From Mustelus asterias (taxonomy: Eukaryota), in contig NC_135832.1 in assembly GCF_964213995.1 (NCBI RefSeq), forward strand, positions 7,130,001 to 7,194,000: 64,000 nt of DNA, in the 5' to 3' direction. A program made the position numbers and the translations under genes. Of the stretch, positions 51,701 to 64,000 are shown in pieces (the first letter of the stretch is position 1; every line of letters begins with the position of its first letter). The notes beneath the pieces were generated by a model. That model was not told the DNA's origin. It ran no database searches and worked only from the letters and a program-made list of their open reading frames with translations.

Positions 51701-53040
51701 GTTGATGGAGAAGATCCTGAGGGACAGGATTTATGAACATTTAGAGAAGTTTAGTATGCTCAAAAGTAGTCAGCACGGCTTTGTCAAAGGCAAATCGTGC
51801 CTTACGAGCCTGGTGGAGTTCTTTGAAAATGTGACTAAACACATTGACGAAGGAAAAGCATTAGATGTGGTTTACATGAACTTCAGCAAGGCGGTCGATA
51901 AGGTCCCCCACGCAAGACTTCTCGAGAAAGTGAGAGGGCATGGGATCCAACGGGCTGTTGCCTTGTGGATCCAGAACTGGCTTGCCTGCAGAAGGCAGAG
52001 AGTGGTTGTAGATGGGTCTTTTTCTGAATGGTGGTCCGTCGGCAGTGCAGTGCCCCAGGGATCTGTTCTGGGACCTTTGCTGTTTGTCATTTTCATAAAT
52101 GACCTGGATGAGGAAGTGGAGGGATGGGTTGGTAAGTTTGCTGATGACACGGAGATTGTCGGTGTTGTGGATTGGTTGGAGGGATGTCAGAAGCTGCAGC
52201 GTGACATAGATAGGATGCAAGACTGGGCGGAGAAGTGGCAGATGGACTTCAACCCGGATAAATGTGTCGTGGTCAATGTTGGCAGGTCAAATGGGATGAA
52301 GGAGTATAATATCAAGGGTAAGACTCTTAGCCGTGCAGAGGATCAGAAGGACCTTGGGGTCCGGGTCCATAGGACTCTAAAATCGGCCTCGCAGGTAGAG
52401 GAGGTGGTTAAGAAGGCGTATGGTGTGCTGGCCTTCATCAATCGAGGGATTGAGTTTAGGAGTCGGGAGATAATGATGCAGCTTTATAAGAACCTCGTCA
52501 GACCCTACTTAGAGTATTGTGCTCAGTTCTGGTCGCCTCATTACAGGAAGGATGTCGAAATTATTGAAAGGGTGCAGCGAAGATTTACAAGGATGTTGCC
52601 TGTATTGGGTGGCATGCCTTATGAGGATAGGTTGAGGGAGCTCGGTCTTTTCTCCTTGGAGAGACGAAGGATGAGAGGTGACCTGATAGAGGTGTACAAG
52701 ATGTTGAGAGGTATAGATCGGGTGGATTCTCAGAGGCCTTTTCCCAGGACTGAAATGGCTGCTACGACACAGGTTTAAGGTGCTGGGGAGTAAGTACAGA
52801 GGAGATGTCAGGGGTAAGTTTTTCACTCAGAGGGTGGTGGGTGAGTGGAATCGGCTGCCGTCAATGGTGGTGGAGGCAAACTCGGTAGGGTCTTTTGAGA
52901 GACTTCTCGATGAGTACATGGGACTTAATAGGATTGAGGGTTATAGGTAAGCCTATATATAGGCCGAGGTAGGTAGGGACATGACCGGTGAAACTTGTGG
53001 GCCGAAGGGCCTGTTTGTGCTGTAGTTTTTCTATGTTCTA
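48755..53040 (+). mobile_element. Near full-length disrupted CR1 LINE (ORF1 + ORF2) in the GPCR intron
   Basis: ORF1: Cys-rich CYSQCRVWE..ICDGC and esterase-like LIGDS..VCLPGA..HLNPRG. ORF2: APE plus a 421-aa RT piece; TTCTATG tail. Confidence 0.93.
50051..50390 (-). mobile_element. HE1-like SINE inside the CR1 endonuclease region
   Basis: Full copy with TATAG at both junctions. Confidence 0.9.
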
Positions 53041-53644
53041 ACTGTCACCAATAGCCAAAATGTTTGTGTGGAAACTGCTGGTTGGGTTGTCTCTGTGATC
53101 AAGTGTGTGCTGACCGACAGTTATGCAGAAAGTGGGCCACTGATATAACATGCTTGAATTTTTCAACAGTGACTCAACTGGAAATAGAAGTCTGTTTGCA
53201 GCTCACCTCACACGCTCCTTGAAATATCAAAGTTATTGGTTTTTGAGGAAAACTGTGCACTAATGAATTGTGTTCCAGGACACAGCACAATGGCAAGGCA
53301 TTTATGGGAGTTTCTACTCACTGTAGCATCGTCCCAAGCGGTGGACATTCACTGGGGGGGAATATCAGATCGCAGTGGCAAGAGTTACAGGGCCTGTTTG
53401 TCAGTGTAGAATCTTTCTGAGTGCGGGTCACTAACTGGAAAGAAAATAATATTAGCTCTGTTTTCAAATTTTGCCTGGCTTGTCCTTCCATTCCAGGGAG
53501 CTGCTTCGTTGTATTACGGAAGCACGTGATTTCGAAGGGGATTGTTCGGCTAATGATCTTTCAAATGTATCTTTGCTCAATCCTATTTTATGAAACATGC
53601 AGGAAAACACATACCAAGCATTTCTCATTAACCAAAGCTGAAGA

Positions 53645-54338
53645 ACCATAGAAGAACTATAGAAACCCTGCAGTACAGAAAGAGGCCATTCGGCCCATCC
53701 AATCTGCACCGACCACAATCCCACCCAGGCTCTACCGCCATATCCCGACATATTTTACCCAATAGAGGTGCATAAAATTATGAAAAGCATAGATAGGGTG
53801 AATGGTGGGAAGCTTTTTCCCAGATCGGTGGTGACGTTCACGAGGGGTCATAGGTTCAAGGTGAGGGGGGGAGGTTTAATACGGATACCAGAAGGACGTA
53901 TTTTACACAGAGGGTGGTGGGGGCCTGAAATACGCTGCCGGGCAAGGTGGTGGAGGCAGACACATTGGGAACGTTTAAGACTTATCTAGATAGCCACATG
54001 AACGGAGTGGGAATGGAGGGATACAAAAGAATGGTCTAGTTTGGACCAGGGAGTGGCGCGGGCTTGGAGGGCCGAAGGGCCTGTTCCTGTGCTGTATTGT
54101 TCTTTGTTAATCCCTCGAACCTATGCATCTCAGGACACTAAGAGGCAATTTTAGCATGGCCAATCAACCTAACCCACACACCTTTGGACTGTGGGAGGAA
54201 ATCGGAGCACCCGGAGGAAACCCACGCAGACACGAGGAGAATGTGCAAGCTCCACACAGACAGTGACCCAAGCCGGGAATCGAACCCAGGTCCCTGGAGC
54301 TGTGAAGTAGCTGTGCGAACCACTGTGCTACCGTGCCG
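53645..54338 (-). mobile_element. HE1-like SINE split by a CR1 fragment
   Basis: Tail part at 53645-53760 and head part at 54108-54338. Confidence 0.88.
53761..54107 (+). mobile_element. CR1 3' fragment
   Basis: KIMKSIDRVNGGKLFP motif and TTCTTTG tail. Confidence 0.9.
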
Positions 54339-55053
54339 AACATTAGTGGAGAACACATTTACATTCACAAATGACATTTAAATCAATATTTTCATTGTCT
54401 TTGTGTTACATAATCACCTTCGCAAAGCACAGTCTTGCAATTCTGTGGATGATAAGTGCTGAATTTCGTTCTTTACCAGTGAAACATGATGAATATGCAT
54501 TCGTTGCTTCGAATTTTTTAAAAATCGATTTATTCAACCGAAACAGTATGGTGGTGTTGATGTTGGGCTCTGATCCAGCAGTTCTGATTATTTGGCTTTC
54601 TAGGTCTCATCCCACCAGCGCTGGAAATGGGCGCTCCACTCCCGGGTAACTGTTAATCGTAGGCTGCGTCGTTCAAGTCATCAATGTCTGGCACATTTGT
54701 GGGTCTATTGGGGAAAACCTGGCCGGTCACACGTAAAACTGTTCAAAAAACAATATCTGAAGGACTTATAGCCACCGTTAGATATATACTTTCTAATTTG
54801 CATCCCAGGAGTGGATGGGTTCCCAAGACTCCGTGCTGAATCCAGTAAAAGGAAGCACAGCTGGAGGTTGGTAAAGTCGGGGCCCAGGTTTTTAAAATTG
54901 TAATCACTAACTTGGCTCCGGCCGACCCTATTTTTTGCTAACAAATTTGCTTCTGCTGACATAATTTTTGGTTCAGATACTGGGAATATGTTTTGAGTCA
55001 TTGCTTTTCTCTATTCTCTTCTCTCCCTCTCTCTGTCTATTCCTCTCCACAAG

Positions 55054-55955
55054 TTAATTTAGTGGCGATTCTGATCCTGTCCCGGGGAAAATGCGGCCTC
55101 TCGACCTGCACCACTCGCTACATGTTGGCCATGGCAACGGGGGATCTAGCGTTCATTATCGCCGATGTCATACTGTGGAAGGTTGTGTATTATTATGAAC
55201 CATGGTCTTTCTTGTACATCACACCTGTGTGCCGAGTGATCAATGTCCTGCGTCATGCAGCTACAGACTGTTCGGTCTGGTTCACTGTCACTTTCACCTT
55301 GGACCGATTCATGGCGATCTGTTGTCAGAAGCTGAAAACAAAATATTGCATGGACAAAATGGCTTGTGTGGTCCCAGCAACCACCTGCCTTCTGCTCTGT
55401 TTGAAAAATATTCCCTTCTACTTTCCACTTGAACCTGTAGAGATAATCGACAACGTGCCATGGTTCTGTTATGTAAAGACAAGCTATTACACTGAGCCTG
55501 GATGGGCCGGATTTGATTGGTTTAATACCATGTTAACCCCATTGCTCCCATTCGTTTTAATATTGTTGCTCAACGCCCTTACAGTCAGACATATTTTAGT
55601 GGCCAGTCGAGTCCGTAAAGGACTGAGGAGTCAGAGCAAAGGAGGAAAATGCAATGACCCAGAGATGGAGAGCAGAAAGAAGTCTGTGGTTTTACTCTTC
55701 ACCATATCAGGTAGCTTCATAACTTTATGGTCCGTATATGTTTTGCATTTCTTATATAATCGCATTACAGGTGCAAACAGCAGAGATTATAACAACTCCG
55801 AGTTTATATTCAGAGAAGTCGGAGAGACCCTGCAACATTTAAGTTGCTGCACAAACACATTTATTTATATGGCAACCCAGTCCAGGTTCAGAAATCAACT
55901 CAAGAGCACAATGATCTATCCGGTGACACTAATTATTAAATTGACAAATAAATAA
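55054..55955 (+). CDS. Exon 2 of GPR139/GPR142-like rhodopsin-class orphan GPCR (322 aa spliced)
   Basis: Long pyrimidine tract and AG at 55052-55053; G+TT gives Val in frame. (V)NLVAILILSRGKCGLS, LAMATGDL (TM2), LDRFMAIC (TM3), TPLLPF (TM5), NTFIY (TM7). AATAAA overlaps the stop. Confidence 0.9.
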
Positions 55956-56132
55956 ATCAACTGACAGCAGCCCAGCAGTGTGTATCAGTCCTTCCAATCC
56001 AGGTGTATTATATTTTTCCCCAAACTCCCACACGCGCGAAAGAGCAGTAAACATCAGAATGAAGGTGACGGCTGGAGCTGCAAAACTAAAGGGGAGCAGA
56101 ATTAGATATTGAGCTCCCCCTGCAGGCCTGGA

Positions 56133-56836
56133 TGAACATAGAACATAGAACATGACAGCGCAGTGCAGGCCCTTCGGCCTTCGATGTTGCGCCGACATGT
56201 GAAACCAATCTAAAGCCCATCTAATCTACAGCACTCCAATGTCATCCATGTGTTTATCAATAACCATTTGCATGCTCTTAATGTTGACGAGTCCACCACT
56301 GCTGCAGGCAGGGCATCCCACGCCCTTACTACTCCCTGAGTAAAGAACCAACCTCGAACATCTGTCCTATATCTATCACCCCTCAATTTAAAGCTATGTC
56401 CCCGAGTGTTAGCCATCACCATCCGAGGAAAAAGGCTCTCACTATCCACCCTATCTAATCCTCTGATCATCTTGTATGCCTCTATTAAGTCACCTCTTAA
56501 CCTTCTTCTCTCTAACGAAACAACCTCAAGCCCCTCGGCCTTTCCTCATACGATTTTCCCACCATACCAGGGAACATCCTGGTAAATCTCCTCTGCACCC
56601 TTTCCAACACTTCCACATCCTTCCTATAATACGGCGACCAGAACTGTACGCAATACTCAAAATGCGGCCGCAGCAGAGTTTTGTACAGTTGCAACATGAC
56701 CTCCTGGCTCCGAAACTCAATCCCTCTACCAATAAAAGCTAACACACCATACGCCTTCTTAACAACCCTATCAACCTGGGTGCCAACTTTCAGGGATCTA
56801 TGCACATGGACACCCAGATCCCTCTGTTCATCCACA
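56133..56836 (-). mobile_element. CR1 3' fragment
   Basis: ORFs 56512-56835 and 56210-56470, with a (TTCTATG)n tail. Confidence 0.92.
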
Positions 56837-57000
56837 CATGAGGAAACACCGCCAGCAGTGCTTCTCGGATTCCACTTATTTGGTGCTCAACTGCCCACAT
56901 TTGCAAATGGAAATACAGTAAGACCTTATTTCTAACAAAACACCTAAGTAGAACTGATGATTGGATGAAACAGCTCTCTGGCCCACATATCACCTGACAT

Positions 57001-58510
57001 TGATGTGCGGGTTAGGTTGATTGGCCAGGTTAAAAAAAAATTGCCCCTTAGAGTCCTGGGATGCGTAGGTTAGACCATAAGACCATAAGACATAGGAGCG
57101 GAAGTAAGGCCATTCGGCCCATCGAGTCCACTCCACCATTCAATCATGGTTGATTTCAACTCCATTTACCCGCTCTCTCCCCATAGCCCTTAATTCCTCG
57201 AGAAATCAAGAATTTATCAATTTCTGTCTTGAAGACGCTCAACGTCTCGGCCTCCACAGCCCTCTGTGGCAATGAATTCCACAGACCCACCACTCTCTGG
57301 CTGAAGAAATTTCTCCTCATCTCTGTTCTAAAGTGACTCCCTTTTATTCTAAGGCTGTGCCCCCGCGTCCTAGTCTCCCCTGTTAATGGAAACAACTTCC
57401 CTACGTCCATCCTATCTAAGCCGTTCATTATCTTGTAAGTTTCTATCAGATCTCCCCTCAACCTCCTAAACTCCAATGAATATAATCCCACGATCCTCAG
57501 ACGTTCATCGTATGTCAGGCCTACCATTCCTGGGATCATCCGTGTGAATCTCCGCTGGACCCGCTCCAGTGCCAGTATGTCCTTCCTGAGGTGTGGGGCC
57601 CAAAATTGCTCACAGTACTCCAAATGGGGCCTAACCAGTGCTTTATAAAGCCTCAGAAGTACATCCCTGCTTTTGTATTCCAAGCCTCTTGAGATAAATG
57701 ACAACATTACATTTGCTTTCTTAATTACGGACTCAACCTGCAAGTTTACCTTTAGAGAATCCTGGACTAGGACTCCCAAGTCCCTTTGCACTTTAGCATT
57801 ATGAATTTTGTCACCGTTTAGAAAATAGTCCATGCCACTATTCTTTTTTCCAAAGTGTACGACCTCGCACTTGCCCACGTTGAATTTCATCAGCCACTTC
57901 TTGGACCACTCTCCTAAACTGTCTAAATCTTTCTGCAGCCTCCCCACCTCCTCAATACTACCTGCCCCTCCACCTATCTTTGTATCATCGGCAAACTTGG
58001 CCAGAATGCTCCCAGTCCCGTCATCTAGATCGTTAATATATAAAGAGAACAGCTGTGGCCCCAACACTGAACCCTGCGGGACACCACTTGTCACCGGTTG
58101 CCATTCTGAGAAAGAACCTTTTATCCCAACTCTCTGCCTTCTGTCTGACAGCCAATCGTCAATCCATGTTAGTACCTTGCCTCGAATACCATGGGCCCTT
58201 ATTTTACTCAGCAGTCTCCCGTGAGGCACCTTGTCAAAGGCCTTTTGGAAGTCAAGATAGATAACATCCATTGGCTCTCCTTGGTCTAACCTATTTGTTA
58301 TCTCTTCAAAGAACTCTAACAGGTTTGTCAGGCACGACCTCCCCTGACTAAATCCATGCTGACTTGTCTTAATCCGACCCTGCACTTCCAAGAATTTAGA
58401 AATCTCGCGGGATTAGTGGGTAAATATGTGGGGGTAGGGCCTGGGTGGGATTGTGGTCGGTGCAGACTCGATGGGCCGAATGGCCTCCTTCTGCACTGTA
58501 GGGTTTCTTC
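57001..58510 (+). mobile_element. 5'-truncated HE1-like SINE split by a CR1
   Basis: ..GCGTAGGTTAGA at 57063-57074 resumes as GGGATTAGTGGG at about 58409. Confidence 0.85.
57075..58402 (-). mobile_element. Young CR1 LINE of a distinct lineage
   Basis: Uninterrupted 411-aa RT (YLDFQKAFDKVPH type) with a (GTCTTATG)n tail. Confidence 0.95.
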
Positions 58511-58589
58511 TTCTTCTTCATTGTCAATACGTCTTCATCTTAATTTTATGGCTGTCTCTCCTTCAATCTTGGCAGCTCCAAGATCTTTG

Positions 58590-59575
58590 ATTCGATTTGA
58601 TTTGATTCATTATTGTCACATGCATTGACATACAGTGAAAAGTATTGTTTCTTGCGCACTATACAGACGAAACATACCATTCATAGAGAAGGAAACGAGA
58701 GAGTGCAGAATGTAGTGCTACAGTCATAGCTAGGGTGTAGAGAAAGATCAACTTAATGCAAGGTAAGTCCATTCAAAATCTGACAGCATCAGGGAAGAAA
58801 CTGTTCTTGAGTCGGTTGGTACGTGACCTCAGACTATTGTATCTTTTTCCCGAAGGAAGAAGCTGGAAGAGTGAATGTCCGGCGTGTGTGGGGTCATTAA
58901 TTATGCTGGCTGCTTTGCTGAGGCAGCAGGAAGTGTAGACAGAGTCAATGGACTGGAGATTGGTTTGCAAGATGGATTGGGCTACATTCACGACCTTTTA
59001 TAGTTCCTTGTGGTCTTGGGCAGAACAGGAGCCATACCAAGCTGTGATACAACCAGAAAGAATGGTTTCTATGATGCATCTGTGAAAGTTGGTGAAAGTG
59101 GTGGCTGACATGCCAAATTTCCTTCGTGTTCTGAGAAAGTAGAGGCGTTGGTAGGCTCTCTTACTTATAGTGCCGGCATGGGGGTTCCAGGACAGGTTGT
59201 TGGTGATGTGGGCACCTAAAAACTTGAAGCTCTCGACCCTTTCTATTTCGTCCCCATTTATGAAGAGAGGGGCATGTTGTCCTTTACGCTTCCTGAAGAT
59301 GGTGACAATCTCCTTCGTTTTGTTAACATTGAGGGAGGGATTATTGTTGCCGCACTAGTTCACCAGATTCTCTATCTCATCCCTGTACTCTGTCTCGTTG
59401 TTTGGGATCCGACCCACTACGGTGGTGTCCTCAGCAAACTTGAAAATCGTATCGCAGGGAAATTTGGCCACACAGTCAGAGGTGTATAAGGAATATAGTA
59501 GGGGGCTAAGAACACATCCCTGTGGGGCATCGGTGTTGAGGGTGCTCGTGGAGGACGTGTTGTTGCCTATCTTCT
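58590..59575 (-). mobile_element. Rex1/Babar-type LINE 3' fragment
   Basis: HSLFQLLPSGKRYNSLRSRTNRLKNSFFP. Same family as 17965-19630. Confidence 0.85.
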
Positions 59576-62004
59576 ATTACCTATCTGCGTCACTTTTCTG
59601 AAATGGGATGCGGAGGTTGTTTTAGAACAAATATAGTTCCTTTCGCTGTATGGCTAGTGGTATGTTCAAGGCAACAGATGTCATTGTACGTTTTGTTACA
59701 AGGATATTTTGCAAGACCTTTCCTGTGAACGTGGATTTTCATATCATGCTCAACTCACCCGTTCTACTGTTCTTGCCCTAGATCACAAACATTCACCGTA
59801 CGGCCCATGTTCTCTCACCAAGCTTTGCTGCGAATTGAACAGCGCCTCCAAATGAATATTCTGACCGTCGTTTTCAATCCCCACCACAGAATCGTTGCTT
59901 GCAATTGATGTAATTGTTGGTAATCGCTTCCCCGATGCAAATTGTTTCGCCTGCACCTCCGCTTGCATTCCCCTTTATTGCTCTCATTTAACCAATCTTT
60001 TGTCCCGTCTTTTAAAATTTCTTGATGTGGTTTCCGATGCCCAACCCTCCTGTGAGTGTTATGAAAAGATACCCTCGGGTAAATCCATGATAAATATCTA
60101 TGTCATTACTGCCTCTTCCTCGCAATTCTCTGTATTTCCCTATCAGAATCTCTTCCAAAACCCTAAATATGAAAATAACACGGAAGCTAAACATACGATT
60201 GTATCTCACACGCACCAAAATCCAGCTGTACCACTATGGGGAAGTCGCTGGTAATGTCGTTGGACAAGGAACGCAGGATAGAGCGCTGTAGGTATGGTTT
60301 CAAATAGCACCAAGGCAGATGATGGAATATCAATTCATTTGATACAACCCCAACTGTTTCACTAATGTCTGTTTTAAAGGAATTCTGCTGTCCTGCTCTG
60401 TGCAGCCTGTATCTGAATATAGACCCATAGCAATGTGGTTGAATCTTCTCTGTCCCCTGAAACTGAACATAATACACTCACAAAACCAATAGAACGCTTG
60501 AAAAAAACTGAAATCGGCAGACCACCCGACACTGACCCTGGGCACTGGAGAAACAACGTCCTAGCCAGCCCTGTCAATCACTGAATTCCTCCTCAGTAAC
60601 ATAAAGGGGCCTGTGCAACAATTTGGAGGAATATGCCAAAATTTAGTCGGACAGCTTTGTGGCACAGTTATAATCATGGCGTTATGTCTCACAAACAATG
60701 TCCTCGAAACCACCACCGCCATCCATGAGTATGTCCTGCCTCAGCAGCAGGGCAGGCACACAACATCTGGCATATTAGTATACAGCCGTGAGGAAGTTGT
60801 CCTGGCGCTTATGGAATATCGAATGTAGACGCTATCAAGTGTCATGTCCTCAGGCCAAACATGGCAAGAAATCTCTTCCTGATTACCACATTGTGGAGAT
60901 AACGTCCCGCCTTCATACTGAGGGTGCAATCCACCCTCAGTGTTGCATGTCCACATTACAGAATGAGATATGTTTCGAAAAGAACCAGCAACAAATCCTG
61001 TGCATCTATGGGGGGGGGGGGGGGGGGGGTTGGGTCATTATCAGCAGCGAAAGTGTAATCAACAAAATCTATATTCTCATGTCCTTGCAAGCATCGTACG
61101 CTGCACTCAAACCCGGGGCACAAACATGTGTCAAATGAAATATGCAGGACGGCACGCCAGGAACAACACCAGGCATAACGGAAAACGGGATGTCAAACTG
61201 GTGAAGCTACAGCACAGAGCTACTTACAACAACTAAACTCCTGGAGTGTCAGTATTGAAGGATGCTGCAGTGTTAGAGTTTTAGCAATGAAGGAACGCTG
61301 CACTGTGAAAGTGGAACTACTGAGAGAGATCTGCACTGTCGGACGAAAAATCCAAAGGGAATGTGTTAGGAAAACACAGGTAGTTTTAATTGTTAAATAT
61401 TAGAAAAAATATATAGTCTTGAGGTTTAACTTAGTGCTCCTGTATAAGGAACGGTAAATACCCAGTTAGATTCACGTCAGAGACAAGTGTCCGTATGTGT
61501 GGAGGTTTTGGTATCAATTCAAAATGTGCTTCCGTTATGATGGGGGACGTTGTGGCATGGAAATTCAATACAAGCTTGGCGTTGCATAAAGTCATTGCTT
61601 AACAACCGGGAGCACCTTTCAGATTGGAAAGGTTTACACACGCACGGCTGGTGATGTCATGAGTTCCTTTTTGTGCTGCTGATAACCTAATCAGCAGTCC
61701 ATCTGGTTTCAGGCTGCTTGCAATTTTTGGACTGGGCCCCTTCACACACACAGACTGGCTGGGCTCCCTGGGACATTTTTGGTCAAGTCCTGCAGCCAAG
61801 TGTGGCCACTTTCACAGTTCTTTACGGTTCAAATCCTTTTCCCAGCTCATACAAAAGGCCTGAGTTGCCCAAAAAACTTACAACCATGTTTAGCCACAAT
61901 ATTGCTTTTGTCCTTTACTCTGCCCCATTGATGCTGCTGTTTGTGCTGGTAAATCTATCTTCTATTATTCAATATTAAAACCCATTTCAGGGCATTATGG
62001 CTCT

Positions 62005-63030
62005 TTAGAATCCTTGAAGTGCAGGAGGCCATTCAGCCCATCAGGTTTGCACCAACCACAATCCCACCCAGCTCCGATCCCCATAACCCCACATATTTAC
62101 CCTGCTAGCCTCCCTGACACCTATTCACTCAGTTAATGGTAGGGAGTTGGGGAGCGTTACAGAACAAAGAGATCTAGGGGTACATGTTCATAGCTCCTTG
62201 AAAGTGGAGTCACAGGTGGACAGTGGTGAAGGCAGCATTCGGCATGCTTGGTTTTATCAGTCAGAACATTGAATACAGGAGTTGGGACGTCTTGTTGAAG
62301 TTGTACAAGACATTGTTAAGGCAACACTTGGAATACTGTGTACAATTCTGGTCACCCTGTTATAGAAAGGATATTATTAAACTAGAAAGAATGCAGCAAG
62401 GATTTACTAGGATGCTACCGGAACTTGATGGATTGAGTTATAAGGAGAGGCTGAATAGACTGGGACTTTTTTCTATGGAGCATAGGAGGCTGAGGGGTGA
62501 CCTTGTAGAGGTCTATAAAATAATGAGGCATAGACAACATAGATAGTCAATATCTTTTCCCAAAGATAGGAGAGTCTAAAGCTAGAGGGCATAGGTTTAA
62601 GGTGAGAGGGGAGAGATACAAAAGTGTCCAGAGGGGCAATTTTTCCAGAGGGTGGTGTGTGTCTGAAACAAGCTGCCAGAGGTAGTAGTAGAGGTGGGTA
62701 CAATTTTATCTTCTAAAAAGCATTTAGATAGTTACATGGGTATAGAGGGCTATGGGCCAAATACAGGAAATTGGGATTAGCTTAGGGATTTTTAAAAAAA
62801 TAAGGGCAGCATGGACAAGTTGGGCTGAAGGGCCTGTTTCCATGCTGTAAACCTCTATGATGCTAAGTGGCAATTTAGCATGGCCAATAAACCTAACCTG
62901 CGCATCTTTGTGGGAGGAAACCCACAGACACTGAGAATGTGCAAACTCCACATGGACCGTAACCCAAGCTGGGAATCAAACCCAGGTCCCTGGCAATGAG
63001 GCAGCAGTGCTAATGACTGTGCTACTGTGT
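62005..63030 (-). mobile_element. Older HE1-like SINE split by a CR1
   Basis: Tail part at about 62005-62120 and head part at about 62862-63030. Confidence 0.8.
62125..62860 (+). mobile_element. CR1 3' fragment
   Basis: ORF 62223-62546 (HLEYCVQFWSP). Confidence 0.9.
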
Positions 63031-63877
63031 AATGTAGTTACTGAGAAGAGCAAAGCCATTGTCCTGGAATCACATGATAATCTTCATTCTTTATTCACTG
63101 ACTCTTCCCACACCCTGGACATCACCTTGGGGGTGCATCAGACTGTCAGCAGCCTCAACATTCCTTTTAACCCAACACCCATATCCTCTTCATTATCAAC
63201 CTTAACCCTGACCACCTCTGTAACATCACTCAACTCCACCTCTACTTGAGACCATCTGCTGCATAAAATGATCTCAGATCGTCCATTCAAATGGGATCCT
63301 GGCAGCCTCCCAGTTACAAACCTCTAACTTTGGCCTCACCTGAAATTGTGGCATGAATTGGAATTTGCATTATGTCCGATTCACCCACCATCCTGTGCTC
63401 ACTGACATTGCTTTGATTTTAATATTTTCATCCTTGTGTTATAATCCCCATAACCTTACATCTCAGACCCATTGGCAACCACATTCCCCATTATACTGCA
63501 AATGTTTCCAATTCAAACATTTATCCAACTCTTTGTTTTTTCTCTCTCCCTATTTTTGCTCTTTCATTTGTCTCAATCTATCTTTCTCCCTGAATCTCAC
63601 TCCCTACTTTTTCTCTCCCTTTTACTCATTAAACCATAGAAAGTAGGACTATAAGACATCATGAGGCCATTCAGCCCACTCTGCCAGTGGCATATCTTCA
63701 GAGCTGTATTTATTTACATTCCCTTTTATTTTTTTCTTGGCTGATCTTTTTCCCCCTTTAAGGTTAAATCCAATTTCCTTTTGAGTCATTATTGAGTCTC
63801 TCATTCATGATTTCACACATGCTGATGCACTGTAAGAAAACTTTCCTCATTTGACCTTTGATTCTGAATCCATCTCT

Positions 63878-64000
63878 TCAAAGAACAAAGAACAGTACAG
63901 CACAGGAAACAGGCCCATCAGCCCTCCAAGCCTGTGCCGCTCATTGGTCCAACTAGATAATTCGTTTGTATCCCTCCATTCCCAGACTGCTCATGTGACT
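63878..64000 (-). mobile_element. CR1 3' end running off the window
   Basis: (TTCTTTG)n tail and a 3' UTR matching 31374-31500. Confidence 0.9.

Noticed and set aside
54993-55053. N-terminal 20 aa of the 320-aa ORF
   Set aside because: This is the intron pyrimidine tract. The real start is exon 1 at 48619.

Overview
Repeat-dense vertebrate DNA, very likely from a shark or other elasmobranch, inferred from HE1-type SINEs, CR1/HER1-type LINEs and a two-exon GPR139-like GPCR. More than half of the window is nested retroelements: several CR1 lineages, HE1-like and other tRNA-derived SINEs, Rex1/Babar LINEs, Penelope-like elements (PLEs) and a solo LTR. The host content is mostly invisible in the ORF track. 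(i) Three disabled T-cell-receptor V segments lie on the minus strand within the first 10.6 kb. One resembles TCR-beta V (leader 2343-2307, V exon 216-1). Two resemble TCR-delta V, and one of these is a complete leader + V + 23-bp-spacer RSS unit. (ii) There is an apparently intact two-exon GPR139-like rhodopsin-class GPCR (48619-48685 + 55054-55955, 322 aa), plus a stop-containing exon 1 of a divergently oriented paralogue at 36615-36549. A PLE remnant at 23995-24773 has inverted terminal arms, a minimal hammerhead ribozyme and five tandem units that all end at the same point, suggesting reiterative cDNA synthesis. All family assignments come from manual translation and motif recognition, with no database searches, and many repeat boundaries are approximate.
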